Shown: positions 37,416-47,714 of the stretch, piece by piece
Numbering within the stretch: position 1 is the first letter of the stretch
Layout: each line of letters starts with the position of its first letter
Translations under genes and position numbers: made by a program
From: an uncultured virus (IMG/VR IMGVR_UViG_3300032295_003161)
Lineage: Duplodnaviria > Heunggongvirae > Uroviricota > Caudoviricetes
Length of the DNA: 64,000 bases
IMG/VR virus record: IMGVR_UViG_3300032295_003161
Strand: one strand, 5' to 3'
The notes under the pieces: model-generated
Databases searched by the model: none
Told to the model about the DNA's origin: nothing
Seen by the model: the letters and a program-made list of their open reading frames with translations, nothing else

Positions 37416-40400
37416 CTATTTTTTTCGCATTTGCTCGTTTGCACGTTTCAATGCACTTTGCCAACTTTCGCCATCTTTACGAATTTGTTTTGCTAATTGC
37501 ATAGCACCACCTCTTTTGGTTGTTGAGCCACCGCCTGACATCTTACTATCGTACTTCGCTTTCTGACTTCCTGCAATTTTATTACCTACTTCTTTTGCTT
37601 CAGCTTTGTCATAAGTCTTACCATACTCTTTTTGATATTTTGGTTCTACCTTTTTGCCTTCAAAATTTTTGGCTATTGCAGTTGCTTTTTCTTTGAAAGT
37701 GGTTTTGCCACCGCCTTTGTAAGAAATTTTATTTTGTTTTTTTAATTCAGAAAATGCTTTTTCAAAATCTTTTTGATTTTTTGGATTTAAACCATGTTCA
37801 TTACAATAAAAATTTACTTTATGTAAATCGCTTGAATAATAATAATCTTCTACTCCATTAGAAAATTTTACCTTTTCGTACATTACACCATCAACCATTT
37901 TAGTATCGCCACCGCCACCAAAAGAAACACCTTTTTGTTTTAAAGCACTACGATACATTTTAGCAATGTCAAGTAACATTGGATAACCATCAAACTCTAT
38001 ATTAGACTTATTTACTACTTCTTTTTGTGTTTTACCAGAATAAGGTTCGTAATATTCAAAATACAATCTACCATTTTTGTAAACTATTGGTTTATATTGC
38101 ATAGGTTCTTCCCAAGTACCGCTTTTGTCAATTACCATTATTGGGTCGCCATCTTTATCAATTGCCTTTTCAATAAGAGAGTTAACTTCATCTACCTTTT
38201 TTTGAATTTTAGATTCTAATTTACCTCCTTTTAAAAATTCCATTTCTAATTGACCGCCATCATCATATTTAGAAGTATGAATTGGTTTTGCCCCTTTTTT
38301 AATCCAATAACCATTAGCCACCTTAACATCTTTGCCATCTTTCAACTGAACTTTAACTACATTTCTTTTTGAAACGTAAAAAGCCGTTCTTTCAAGGTTT
38401 CCGCCATCTTCTAACTTGTATGCACCATTATATACATCTGATACCTTATAAGTCAATTTTTTGTCGCCTTTTTTAATTGTAATGGTATTTAATTGGTTTC
38501 GGTTAATGTAGTTTTTAGTTAAACCGCCAGTTGCGTATTTTAAAGGATTATTTTCGTAATTTCTACCTTTTTTGAAATCATAATCATCTTTATCTTTCAT
38601 ACTTCCAATAAAAAGTTCTTTATGATATATTTCAATATAACTATAATTTTCTTTTTTAGCTATTTTTATAGCGTTTTCAATTATATCTTCAAAACTATCT
38701 GAACGTAATATTTTTTCTTCAGAAGTGTCTTTATCTGAAATAGATTTATAAAAATCTACATCAAATCTTTTTAAACCATCAACTCCACCGCCAGTTGCGT
38801 AAACTCCATTTTGAAAACCGCCTTCTTCAAAACTTCTTTTGCCAGAATACCCTGTTCTATTTGGCTTGTTTTTAGCATAACGAACTTCATAGTCTTGAGC
38901 TTTGTTAACGTGTCTTCTTTCATTAGTGTAACCGCCTTTTGCGAAAGGTAATGGTGGTGTAACTCCTCTATAACCATTAGCTAAATTTACATAAACAATA
39001 TCTCCGCTTTTAGTTTTTACTTTTTGAACTCCACCTGACATTGTTTTGATAATTTCATCGCCTTGCTTTAAACCATGATTACCAAGTGAACCGCCCATTG
39101 CGTATTGACCCATTTCAACATGGTGTTCAAATGATTTTTTTATTTTTGTTGGTAAAAATTTGTAAGCAGTTTTAGTTGCTTTTTCAATACTCATTGGTGT
39201 ACTTTCAATTTCTTTTGAATGGTCTTCTAAAAAATGATACTTTTGAGAAACTGATAACATACTCCAAATTTGGCTTGGCGTTTTACCTTCATATTGATTT
39301 TCAATAGAACCACCTTCTGCAAACATTTCTCCTGCCGACATACCGCCAGTTTCTCCAACAAGTCCTGTATAGTCAATATCTAAGCCTCTTGCCAATGGTG
39401 TTTCTGGTGTACCGATAATTGTACCGCCTTCTGCATATCCATAACCTCGTCTGTGTGGTTTGTCTTTTGAATAACGAACTTCATAATCTTGACTATGATT
39501 AACATATCTTCTTTCACGAGTTCTGCCACCGTTTGCATATTGCAAAGCGTTTAAAGATATTCTTAAAACTTCATTCATTTTTGAAACTGTCTTTTGTTGT
39601 AAAGCATACTTCAAATTGTCGGTTGTAATTCTTTTTACAATTTCACTACCACTTCTATAATCTTCCATATTATCTAAAAGATTTTGAATTGGCTCTCTTT
39701 TTTGTGAAATAGTTTTTAAACTAATAATATAAGAAACTTGAGAGTTTATGAATTTTTTAAATTTTTCGTCTTCAATACTTCCGCCATTATCAAAAGCCAA
39801 TGCTTCTGGACTTGCACCATGCATTTCTCTACGCTCTCCAAAAGACTTATTACCACCTTGTTGAGTTTTAGTTGCTTTTACAATTCCATCATCTGTCAAA
39901 TCAATTTCTTCATCTAATGTTTCTACATAAACACCTTTTTCTGCATAAGAACCAAACATTTCTTTTAATTCTTGAACAGCATCTTCTCTGTTTGTGTACC
40001 ATTCTCCTACATATTCTCCTTCTTCAGACATATCCTCAACTCTATACAATGGTTTAGAATTGTAATGGTCAATACCTTTGTAAACATAAAAAGGACTTAA
40101 TCTGAATTTTTGTTTAGTATGCACATTTACAATAACACTATTAGGCATAGTGCTTGGCTTACCACCATCTTCACTTTCCCAATCTCCAGAAGTCCAATTA
40201 TAACCACTTAATCTATTTAATTGAGTGCTTAATGGTATTAATTCTAATGGTTTTAATTCTATAATTCCATCAACTCCACCGCCATTTTCTAAATAAGCAT
40301 TTTTAAATCCACCTACATCAACTCTATTGGCTCTATTTTCGTAATATACATTACCATCAGCCGATACTCTTTTACCTCTTGGCAAAGCACGTCTTGAAGC

Positions 40401-40937
40401 ATCTTTTGGTAAATTAGAAGTACCTGCAAGTTTTTTGTATTCCTTGTTTCTACGAACCATTGCCAATAACTTATCTGTTTCAGTTCTTGTTTTCTTTTTA
40501 GTTTCGGTAGTTTCTGACTTCATCATTTTTCTTGCACGTTCCTTCGCATCTTCCCAACTTTCATTGTCTTTACGAATTTCCTTTGCAATAGAGAAAACAC
40601 TTTTTTTCTTTGCAGTAGATTTTGGCTCAACTTTTGGTGTTTTGGTTTCACTTTGAGTAGCCTTTTTTTCTCTTGCCTTGCGTGGTGCTTTTTCCTTTTT
40701 TTCTTCGGCTTTAGCTTCTGCTTGTTCTTCTTTTTCTTCAGCTACTTCAAGTGCCTTTTCAACCTTTTTTTCTATTTCTTTGACTTCCTCTTTTACTTCG
40801 GTAGCCGTAATAGTTTCATCAGTTTTAATATCCGCTTCTAACTTTTTAATTTCAGCACGAATTTTGTCTTTCATGTTGTCTGGAATAAACTTGTTATCCA
40901 ATGACTTTTTTAATTTTTCTAATTTTTCTGTATTCAT
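37416..40937 (-). CDS. large modular (polyprotein-like) virion cargo candidate
   Basis: 1173 aa; about 16 [FYLM]xxGG motifs separate short modules; internal repeats. Confidence 0.8.
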   Translation of the reverse strand: MNTEKLEKLKKSLDNKFIPDNMKDKIRAEIKKLEADIKTDETITATEVKEEVKEIEKKVEKALEVAEEKEEQAEAKAEEKKEKAPRKAREKKATQSETKTPKVEPKSTAKKKSVFSIAKEIRKDNESWEDAKERARKMMKSETTETKKKTRTETDKLLAMVRRNKEYKKLAGTSNLPKDASRRALPRGKRVSADGNVYYENRANRVDVGGFKNAYLENGGGVDGIIELKPLELIPLSTQLNRLSGYNWTSGDWESEDGGKPSTMPNSVIVNVHTKQKFRLSPFYVYKGIDHYNSKPLYRVEDMSEEGEYVGEWYTNREDAVQELKEMFGSYAEKGVYVETLDEEIDLTDDGIVKATKTQQGGNKSFGERREMHGASPEALAFDNGGSIEDEKFKKFINSQVSYIISLKTISQKREPIQNLLDNMEDYRSGSEIVKRITTDNLKYALQQKTVSKMNEVLRISLNALQYANGGRTRERRYVNHSQDYEVRYSKDKPHRRGYGYAEGGTIIGTPETPLARGLDIDYTGLVGETGGMSAGEMFAEGGSIENQYEGKTPSQIWSMLSVSQKYHFLEDHSKEIESTPMSIEKATKTAYKFLPTKIKKSFEHHVEMGQYAMGGSLGNHGLKQGDEIIKTMSGGVQKVKTKSGDIVYVNLANGYRGVTPPLPFAKGGYTNERRHVNKAQDYEVRYAKNKPNRTGYSGKRSFEEGGFQNGVYATGGGVDGLKRFDVDFYKSISDKDTSEEKILRSDSFEDIIENAIKIAKKENYSYIEIYHKELFIGSMKDKDDYDFKKGRNYENNPLKYATGGLTKNYINRNQLNTITIKKGDKKLTYKVSDVYNGAYKLEDGGNLERTAFYVSKRNVVKVQLKDGKDVKVANGYWIKKGAKPIHTSKYDDGGQLEMEFLKGGKLESKIQKKVDEVNSLIEKAIDKDGDPIMVIDKSGTWEEPMQYKPIVYKNGRLYFEYYEPYSGKTQKEVVNKSNIEFDGYPMLLDIAKMYRSALKQKGVSFGGGGDTKMVDGVMYEKVKFSNGVEDYYYSSDLHKVNFYCNEHGLNPKNQKDFEKAFSELKKQNKISYKGGGKTTFKEKATAIAKNFEGKKVEPKYQKEYGKTYDKAEAKEVGNKIAGSQKAKYDSKMSGGGSTTKRGGAMQLAKQIRKDGESWQSALKRANEQMRKK

Positions 40938-40943
40938 GTTTGA

Positions 40944-43061
40944 TTAATTTTCGTTTAACATTTGTAATATTTCTAATGCTTCCTGCACTTCTTTTTTATC
41001 TTCGCCTTCAAGGGTTTCTAACAACATTTCAAGCGTTTCAATTGCTTCTTGTAATTCATTGGTTTCGGTTTGTTTTTTTAAATTCTCAATTTGTTTTTTT
41101 CGTTTTTCTTTATAAGAAGAACTACCTATTCCTTGAGTAAAACCTTTTGATTCGATTACATATTTTTTAGTATTAACTTTTTCTTTTTCAACTTTCGATT
41201 CGTTGGTTTCAGTTGGTTTAGTTTCAATAATTGGTACAATTTCAGCAGTAGTTTCTTTTATTTCTTCTACTACTTTTTTCATTTGTAATTCAGCACTAAA
41301 GAAATCTTTATTTTCTTTTAGGAAAATCTCTATTAATGGTTTGATTTTTTCATTAAAAATTTCAGCCTTTACAAAAACCTCTTGATTTGATATTTTCTCT
41401 GGAACATTAAAAGCACCATACCCATATACAATTTCTACATCATCGCCATATTGTTGCATTACAAAATATTGTTGCATTGCTCTGGCAAAACATTCCTTTG
41501 TAGCATTTATATAATCATTTTGTTGCTCTTTTGGTTTATTCAAGTTATTTCTAAACGTAAAAGCAATTACTCCTGCGGTAGATTCAAAGTTATCAGTTTC
41601 CCAACGCTTACCATTTTTTTGACCTAATTTATTATCAATAAAGTGTGCCAATTCGTGAGCAAATGTAGAGTTAAATTGAATTTCTCCATACTTATCAGAA
41701 ACGGCAATTGTACCCATACTTGGAATATAAACTCCAACCGCTTTTTGTGCAAAAACCAATTTTTTACCAGTATGAGAAATTTTCATATTGTTCTTTATAA
41801 ACTCCTCTTTTAAATTACCGAAAACTTTGCTAACATCAATTAAACCTTGTTGAATTTGCTCGGTTTCTGATGCGTTTATTTTATCTCCATTTTGTCTTTT
41901 TATCAATACTCCATAATCGGCATACAAGTAGTTTTCGGTATTAGATTCTCCAAATGAAGTTTCAATAGCCGTTTTGTAGTTTTCAGACATTTCTTCTCTT
42001 TGGAACTCAATATCTTTAAACTTGTACTCCATCATTTCTCTAAAATCTCTCCAATATTTGAAAACTAATGGGTGTGCATAAGCTCCAACAGATTTTTCTC
42101 CTATCTTTAATCGAGTGGTTTTATTGGAAGCAGTTCTTAAAAATTCTGGATTAATAAAGACATTATACATATCGTGAAACGATGAGTACATTCTATCTTC
42201 TCTTAATGCTGTTTTAATTTTTTCTGAACCATAAACCTTGTATGCAGGCGATAATTTTTCTTTTTCACTTAAAGGTAAATCAATCCATTCTTGCTCGGTA
42301 TATTTTTTCTGTAAAGCTTTGCTTATAGAATAATAAAAACCTTTTTGGGCATAATGTTTTTCTCTACGTTCTAAAGGCAATGAAAAATAATACTCTTTTG
42401 ATTTTTCAGTTTTTTGGTCGGCTTTTTTCTTATAAACAGCTTTAAGTTTAGTTAAATAGTATAAGCTAATTAATACCAATTGGTCAAGAGTTACTAAAAA
42501 AACTTGAGATTGATTTTCAAAAGTACTATATTGATAATCCGAATAAGAAACCACATAAGTATCGTTTGTATATCTAATTGCATCCAAAACAGTACTTCTT
42601 CTTTCAAATTTTTCCTCATCAATGAAAGGAATGTATGGAGGTGCTGGGTCAACTAAAATTGTTTCTGGGTCAAATATAATTTTATCTGTTTTTACGTTTC
42701 TAAAATCAGGAACACCTTTGTAAACTTTTCCTGTTTTATCTTCAAACTCAATTATAGTACCACCATTTGAAATTGCTTTTAGTTGATTATCAATATTTTT
42801 TAATTGATTTGTTTTAATGTTTACTAAAGCACTAATAGCTCCTCTTTTGTTCATTATAACTTCACGTTGTTTCCATTCAGCAATAGATGAATACTCTACT
42901 TTTAAAACTTCATCTTCATCTTTAAGTTTTTGAATTTCATTTGCAAGTGCTTCTTTTTGATTAGAAAAATCCAACAAAACTTTTTCAGCAAATTCCTTTG
43001 CCATTTTTTGTGCTAACTCTAATTCTTCTTCGGTTAAATATTTTTTTAAATCTTCCATCAA
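40944..43061 (-). CDS. polyvalent-protein-like zincin (LPD1/MPTase-like)
   Basis: TFAHELAHFIDN...ECFARAMQQY. Confidence 0.7.
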   Translation of the reverse strand: MMEDLKKYLTEEELELAQKMAKEFAEKVLLDFSNQKEALANEIQKLKDEDEVLKVEYSSIAEWKQREVIMNKRGAISALVNIKTNQLKNIDNQLKAISNGGTIIEFEDKTGKVYKGVPDFRNVKTDKIIFDPETILVDPAPPYIPFIDEEKFERRSTVLDAIRYTNDTYVVSYSDYQYSTFENQSQVFLVTLDQLVLISLYYLTKLKAVYKKKADQKTEKSKEYYFSLPLERREKHYAQKGFYYSISKALQKKYTEQEWIDLPLSEKEKLSPAYKVYGSEKIKTALREDRMYSSFHDMYNVFINPEFLRTASNKTTRLKIGEKSVGAYAHPLVFKYWRDFREMMEYKFKDIEFQREEMSENYKTAIETSFGESNTENYLYADYGVLIKRQNGDKINASETEQIQQGLIDVSKVFGNLKEEFIKNNMKISHTGKKLVFAQKAVGVYIPSMGTIAVSDKYGEIQFNSTFAHELAHFIDNKLGQKNGKRWETDNFESTAGVIAFTFRNNLNKPKEQQNDYINATKECFARAMQQYFVMQQYGDDVEIVYGYGAFNVPEKISNQEVFVKAEIFNEKIKPLIEIFLKENKDFFSAELQMKKVVEEIKETTAEIVPIIETKPTETNESKVEKEKVNTKKYVIESKGFTQGIGSSSYKEKRKKQIENLKKQTETNELQEAIETLEMLLETLEGEDKKEVQEALEILQMLNEN

Positions 43062-43064
43062 ATA

Positions 43065-46000
43065 TTAATTTAAAGGTGTTCTAATTGGTTCAAAAGTTAA
43101 TTTTCTACTCATTATACCACCGCTTTCAAAACTTTCTTCTTTTAGCATATTTATAATTTCTAATGCTTCATAAATTTCTTTTCTTTGCTCCTCGTTTTCT
43201 TCAATTTCAGCCAACATCAACAAGGTTTCAATAGCTTCTCTAACTTGCTCTTTTTCTACATTTACAGCTTCTTTTTTCGCTTTAGCTACCTTTTTAGGTT
43301 GTTGCTTTGTTTTTTCCTCTGGCAAAGTCTTTTTATAGTCTATTGCATCAATAGGGAAAACATAGGCTTTTAAAGGCTCTGAAAAATAACATTCTACTTC
43401 AGTATCGGTTATAGTTTCAAGCATTACTTCAAACAATTTTTTACCAAAAGCAAAATACTGATTTTCTTTAAATTCGTCTTTAACTGGCATTAATAAAAAT
43501 ACCGATTTATCTAAACTGATATTTGTGTCAACTTGCTGGTAATTAAAATCAATTTCACATAATTCAATTTTATCTATCAATTCGTATTCTATATTGTAAC
43601 GTATTTCTTTTTGTGCTTTTAAAAATAAAGTATTTCCTTCATTTGCAAAAATTAAAGAAGCAATTTTACTATATTTTTCAATAAATTTTTCAACCTTTTC
43701 GTTACTTAAACAATTATTCATAACAACGTGGTCAAATACTATTTTTTGCGTAGTAGTTCTTGGTATAATAGCATCATATTTAGAATATCTACCATCAATA
43801 GTTCTGGCTACAAAATCAATATTTTCTGCTTCAATAAAAATGTTAGCTTTACTACATTTAAAGTGTAAAGAACCATCTGCCAACTTAACAAATTGTTTTA
43901 AATAATTTACTGGTAAAATGTATTCTAACTCTTTATCATCTTTGTCAAACTCACAATATTCTGTAATATTAATTTTGCAAAGAGTATGAGCGTTAGTAGT
44001 TACTAAAAACATTTGATTATCACTTGTTTTCTTAATACAAATACCTGTCATTATTGGTCTTAAATTATCATTACCTACCGACAACAATAACTTGTCCAAA
44101 TAGAACTCAAATACTTCGCTAAATGTTACAAATTCAAAAGCAGTATTTTGCCCCTTTATCTCTCCTAAATAGTTCCCTTCATTAACTTCATTTTTATTAA
44201 AAATCCTTTGACTTGGAAAATCGTCAATTGGATTCATAGTAATCATTGGAGCTTTATTATAAAATTCATAAAGTCCATCTGGTGCATCAACATTTTTTAT
44301 TTTAATATCTATTTCTAAATCAGAAACAGTTAAAACTTTGTCTTCTATTTTAGCAAAACTTAATGAAAACAAACTATGTTTTTGTGTTTTATTTAAAAAA
44401 GACTGAACTAAATCCAAATACTCATCGTCAAGTATCATATTAGATTCATATTTCAGTTTGTATTCAGCTACCGACCCATCTGCATTGTGAATTTCGTTAT
44501 CATTGAAATCGTAATATACTTTTAAACCTCTTTCATTATTAACATCTTCTGCACCATAACCATCAAAATCATAAGCAAATTTCGGCATTATTAACAATAT
44601 CTCATCGTTCCCTAATTCATAATTTTTATTAGTGGTAAATACAACACCTCTACTTGGTAAATATATGAAAGCATAAACCTCTTTATGTCCTAATTTTAAT
44701 AATGTAGTTAATATATCTATTAAATATTTTCCATTAAATCCTATCTTCATATCATCTCCAAATCTAAAAGAAATATGAAATGTTGTTGTATTAGCATATT
44801 TTATAGCTGTTTTGGTATATTGCAATAATTTAAAAACATCTACTAAATAAGGAGTACCTGCATCTTGTTTTTTAGGTATTACGTTTTCATATTGTGCATA
44901 TTTTTCATTAATCAAAAGCGATTCATTTGAATTTGATTTTTTTACCTTATTTATATCATAAACACCATTATACTTTTCGTTTGGATAAGGCAAAGTAATT
45001 AAAATATGTGCATTAGTAGCAGTAATACCATTTTCGTCAAAATTAACACCAGTTAAATTTAATCTTTCGCTATCTGGATTTTTATCTAAAAATGGCTCAA
45101 GAATACTACCTAATCCCTTATCAATAGGATTATTAATAAAAGGAACTTTTTTTGTATTTGTTATGTTTTTAAAAATACTTGGCACTTTGCTCCATTCGTA
45201 AACTTGAGGACTTAATGTTTGACCATAATTTTTATTTGTTGTTAAATTCATTTTTTCGTAGTTTTCTTCAACGTATTTTTTTGCTTTTTCAACCGAATCA
45301 AAATATTCTGTAATAACATCTGAATAGGTACGATTAAAACTTTCTCCATGAATAGAACTTAATACAATTACAGTTAAAGATACTTCTCCACGTTTGTTTT
45401 TAAGTATTTCGTAACTATATTTTTCGTCTATTTTTTTATAAATTTCTTTACCATCCCTATATCTACTAACTTTCCAACCATCTTCAGTAGTTGTTACAAC
45501 GCTTGGTTGTTCGATTGAACTTTTTATTCCTCCTCCACCAGCATACAATCCACTTTCAGCACCTACCATACCATCGGCTTCCATATCTAAAACATCATTG
45601 TAGTTGTTCAAATCCCTTGAAGGGTGGTCGCCTTTTTTAGATTCTTCAACTAAATTAAGTTGACCGCCATTATCAAATATATTTGAATTTTGCTCTTTGT
45701 AATCAAACACATAAGCCATTACTTCTTTTTCGTCTTTTAGAATAGCATTAGTAATCCTATGGTGTCCATCTAAAACGTAATATTTATCATTTAGCTTGAA
45801 CAAAATAGGGTATGATTCAACATCTTTTGTAGATTCAATATTAGGAATAGTTACATTTCTTTGAGAAGGAACTATGCTTTTTAAATCAACCATTTCAGTT
45901 GGCAATTTAGTTTCATTTTCTAAATAAGGGTCGGCAGTAGAAACAACACTCGCTGGTAAAACCTCTACTTGATTAAAGAAAATTTTATTAGTAGGCACTT

Positions 46001-46520
46001 TTGGGAACGTACTTTTATTTTCTCTTTTTAAATCAGCAATTTTTTGTTGGTATTCGTTTAAGCTACCACCATTTTTGTATTCTTCATCGCAACCGCAACT
46101 ATTCATAGATTGCATAATTTCATAATCAGTCATAGTCTTGCCACCGTAATTGTATGAACTACCATTGAAGTATAATTCACTTGGCACATCGCCACCTTGC
46201 TCAAAAGAAACTCCACCGCCAGAAACATTGATTTTAGACAATATTTCTCTATTGGTAAGCATTTCCCCTTGAAATTCTTTTTTAGTTTGGTCTGCAACCG
46301 CTGGAGCTGTAATAATAACTTCACTTGATTGAACTTCAATAGGTTGCCCAGTAGATTTATTAATCCCTTTTATACCTCCCTCTTTATGTAATTTACCAAC
46401 AAAATAACCGCCAACAGTAGCATCATCGTAAATCATAGTTTGACCTTCTCTTTTGCCAACTAAAACTCCGCCTGCTGGTGTTTTTTTTGCTTCATCTAAT
46501 GTTATTGTGTCTTTTTTCAT
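43065..46520 (-). CDS. large modular protein: xxGG modules, ParB/Srx-like domain, DNA sliding-clamp-like domains
   Basis: GKLHKEGGI..EVQSSEVI; YYVLDGHHR; LTGVNF..ATNAHIL, RPIMTGI..VTTNAHTL, IDGRYSKYDAIIP. Confidence 0.75.
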   Translation of the reverse strand: MKKDTITLDEAKKTPAGGVLVGKREGQTMIYDDATVGGYFVGKLHKEGGIKGINKSTGQPIEVQSSEVIITAPAVADQTKKEFQGEMLTNREILSKINVSGGGVSFEQGGDVPSELYFNGSSYNYGGKTMTDYEIMQSMNSCGCDEEYKNGGSLNEYQQKIADLKRENKSTFPKVPTNKIFFNQVEVLPASVVSTADPYLENETKLPTEMVDLKSIVPSQRNVTIPNIESTKDVESYPILFKLNDKYYVLDGHHRITNAILKDEKEVMAYVFDYKEQNSNIFDNGGQLNLVEESKKGDHPSRDLNNYNDVLDMEADGMVGAESGLYAGGGGIKSSIEQPSVVTTTEDGWKVSRYRDGKEIYKKIDEKYSYEILKNKRGEVSLTVIVLSSIHGESFNRTYSDVITEYFDSVEKAKKYVEENYEKMNLTTNKNYGQTLSPQVYEWSKVPSIFKNITNTKKVPFINNPIDKGLGSILEPFLDKNPDSERLNLTGVNFDENGITATNAHILITLPYPNEKYNGVYDINKVKKSNSNESLLINEKYAQYENVIPKKQDAGTPYLVDVFKLLQYTKTAIKYANTTTFHISFRFGDDMKIGFNGKYLIDILTTLLKLGHKEVYAFIYLPSRGVVFTTNKNYELGNDEILLIMPKFAYDFDGYGAEDVNNERGLKVYYDFNDNEIHNADGSVAEYKLKYESNMILDDEYLDLVQSFLNKTQKHSLFSLSFAKIEDKVLTVSDLEIDIKIKNVDAPDGLYEFYNKAPMITMNPIDDFPSQRIFNKNEVNEGNYLGEIKGQNTAFEFVTFSEVFEFYLDKLLLSVGNDNLRPIMTGICIKKTSDNQMFLVTTNAHTLCKINITEYCEFDKDDKELEYILPVNYLKQFVKLADGSLHFKCSKANIFIEAENIDFVARTIDGRYSKYDAIIPRTTTQKIVFDHVVMNNCLSNEKVEKFIEKYSKIASLIFANEGNTLFLKAQKEIRYNIEYELIDKIELCEIDFNYQQVDTNISLDKSVFLLMPVKDEFKENQYFAFGKKLFEVMLETITDTEVECYFSEPLKAYVFPIDAIDYKKTLPEEKTKQQPKKVAKAKKEAVNVEKEQVREAIETLLMLAEIEENEEQRKEIYEALEIINMLKEESFESGGIMSRKLTFEPIRTPLN

Positions 46521-46521
46521 A

Positions 46522-47157
46522 TTATCCTATTAAAAACTTTAAATAGTCTGGCGTACCGCTATCGGCAATACCGCCTTTCTCAAATCTTATGTCGTTGTTT
46601 TTTTTATCAAATGTAGTGTTAGTGCCATCCGCAAGTTTTATTTGGTTAGAATTATTAACAACGTATAAATTATCTTTTCTTGTTCCAAATATTATTATGC
46701 CATCAAGCATTTCATCAATAAATAATTCTCTAATGTAATCTCCTCTGTTAATATCATAATTATCAGCAGGTGCATAATAATCACTATTTGTTCTTCTAAT
46801 TAAAGGATTTTTTATATTCAAAAAACATTCGTAAACAAAACCTTTGCTTTTAAGTTCAGAATGTAATTTAGCATAGTTTTCAGCAGATTGTTTTCTTTGA
46901 GTAAAGAAAAAACCTCCTTGCTCACTTTGAATATAATTTAAACCTATTTTTTTTCTATCAAAAACATTAAAATAGCTCCCTGTTCCATGATAAACCACCA
47001 TTGGCTCTCCATTTTCATCAACAACCTTACTTGCGTTTTCTGGGTCGTTTTCCCAATCCCCAAACCATTTCTTAAATTCTGGTGTGCGGACTAACTTATA
47101 TTGTTCAGTAGTTAAATTGCTTGGCTTACCATTAGGTGCTAATAACTCTTTTTTCAT
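46522..47157 (-). CDS. ADP-ribosyltransferase-like (ART-PolyVal type) protein, copy 3
   Basis: FKKWFGDW..SKVVDENGEPMVVYHGT, GFFFT, NQIK. Confidence 0.75.
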   Translation of the reverse strand: MKKELLAPNGKPSNLTTEQYKLVRTPEFKKWFGDWENDPENASKVVDENGEPMVVYHGTGSYFNVFDRKKIGLNYIQSEQGGFFFTQRKQSAENYAKLHSELKSKGFVYECFLNIKNPLIRRTNSDYYAPADNYDINRGDYIRELFIDEMLDGIIIFGTRKDNLYVVNNSNQIKLADGTNTTFDKKNNDIRFEKGGIADSGTPDYLKFLIG

Positions 47158-47158
47158 A

Positions 47159-47713
47159 TTATCCTATTAAAAACTTTAAATAGTCTGGCGTACCGCTATC
47201 AGAAATACCGCCTTTATCAAATCTTATATCGTTGTTGTTTTTGTCAAATGTAGTATTAGTACCATCGGCAAGTTTTATTTGGTTTGGATTATATACATTT
47301 ATATTAAAAAATGGTTTTTTTTTCTGTAAAACATCATCCCACTCTCCATATTTATAAATATAAGCATCAAAACCTTTTTCATCATAATCATCTCTAATTT
47401 TATCTGTTATTTTTCTTGCATTTATAAAATAGAGTTTACTTTTGCCATAATTATTTGCTAAATTTTTATTATCGGTAAACCAATGACCTACTCTTATATC
47501 ATTAAATTTGTTTTTAAAAATATTAAACCTTTTATTTGTTCCATGATAAACCACTAACGGCTCTCCATTTTCATCAACAACCTTACTTGCATTAGCAGGG
47601 TCGTTTTCCCAATCCCCAAACCACTTTTTAAATTCTGGTGTGCGGACTAACTTGTATTGTTCAGCAGTTAAGTTGCTTGGCTTACCATTAGGTGCTAATA
47701 ACTCTTTTTTCAT
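47159..47713 (-). CDS. ADP-ribosyltransferase-like (ART-PolyVal type) protein, copy 2
   Basis: Same termini; GHWFT core. Confidence 0.75.
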   Translation of the reverse strand: MKKELLAPNGKPSNLTAEQYKLVRTPEFKKWFGDWENDPANASKVVDENGEPLVVYHGTNKRFNIFKNKFNDIRVGHWFTDNKNLANNYGKSKLYFINARKITDKIRDDYDEKGFDAYIYKYGEWDDVLQKKKPFFNINVYNPNQIKLADGTNTTFDKNNNDIRFDKGGISDSGTPDYLKFLIG

Positions 47714-47714
47714 T

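Noticed and set aside
37416..40937. Tape measure protein
   Set aside because: Lacks the long Ala/Gly-rich helical repeats; it is modular and charged, with no tail genes nearby.
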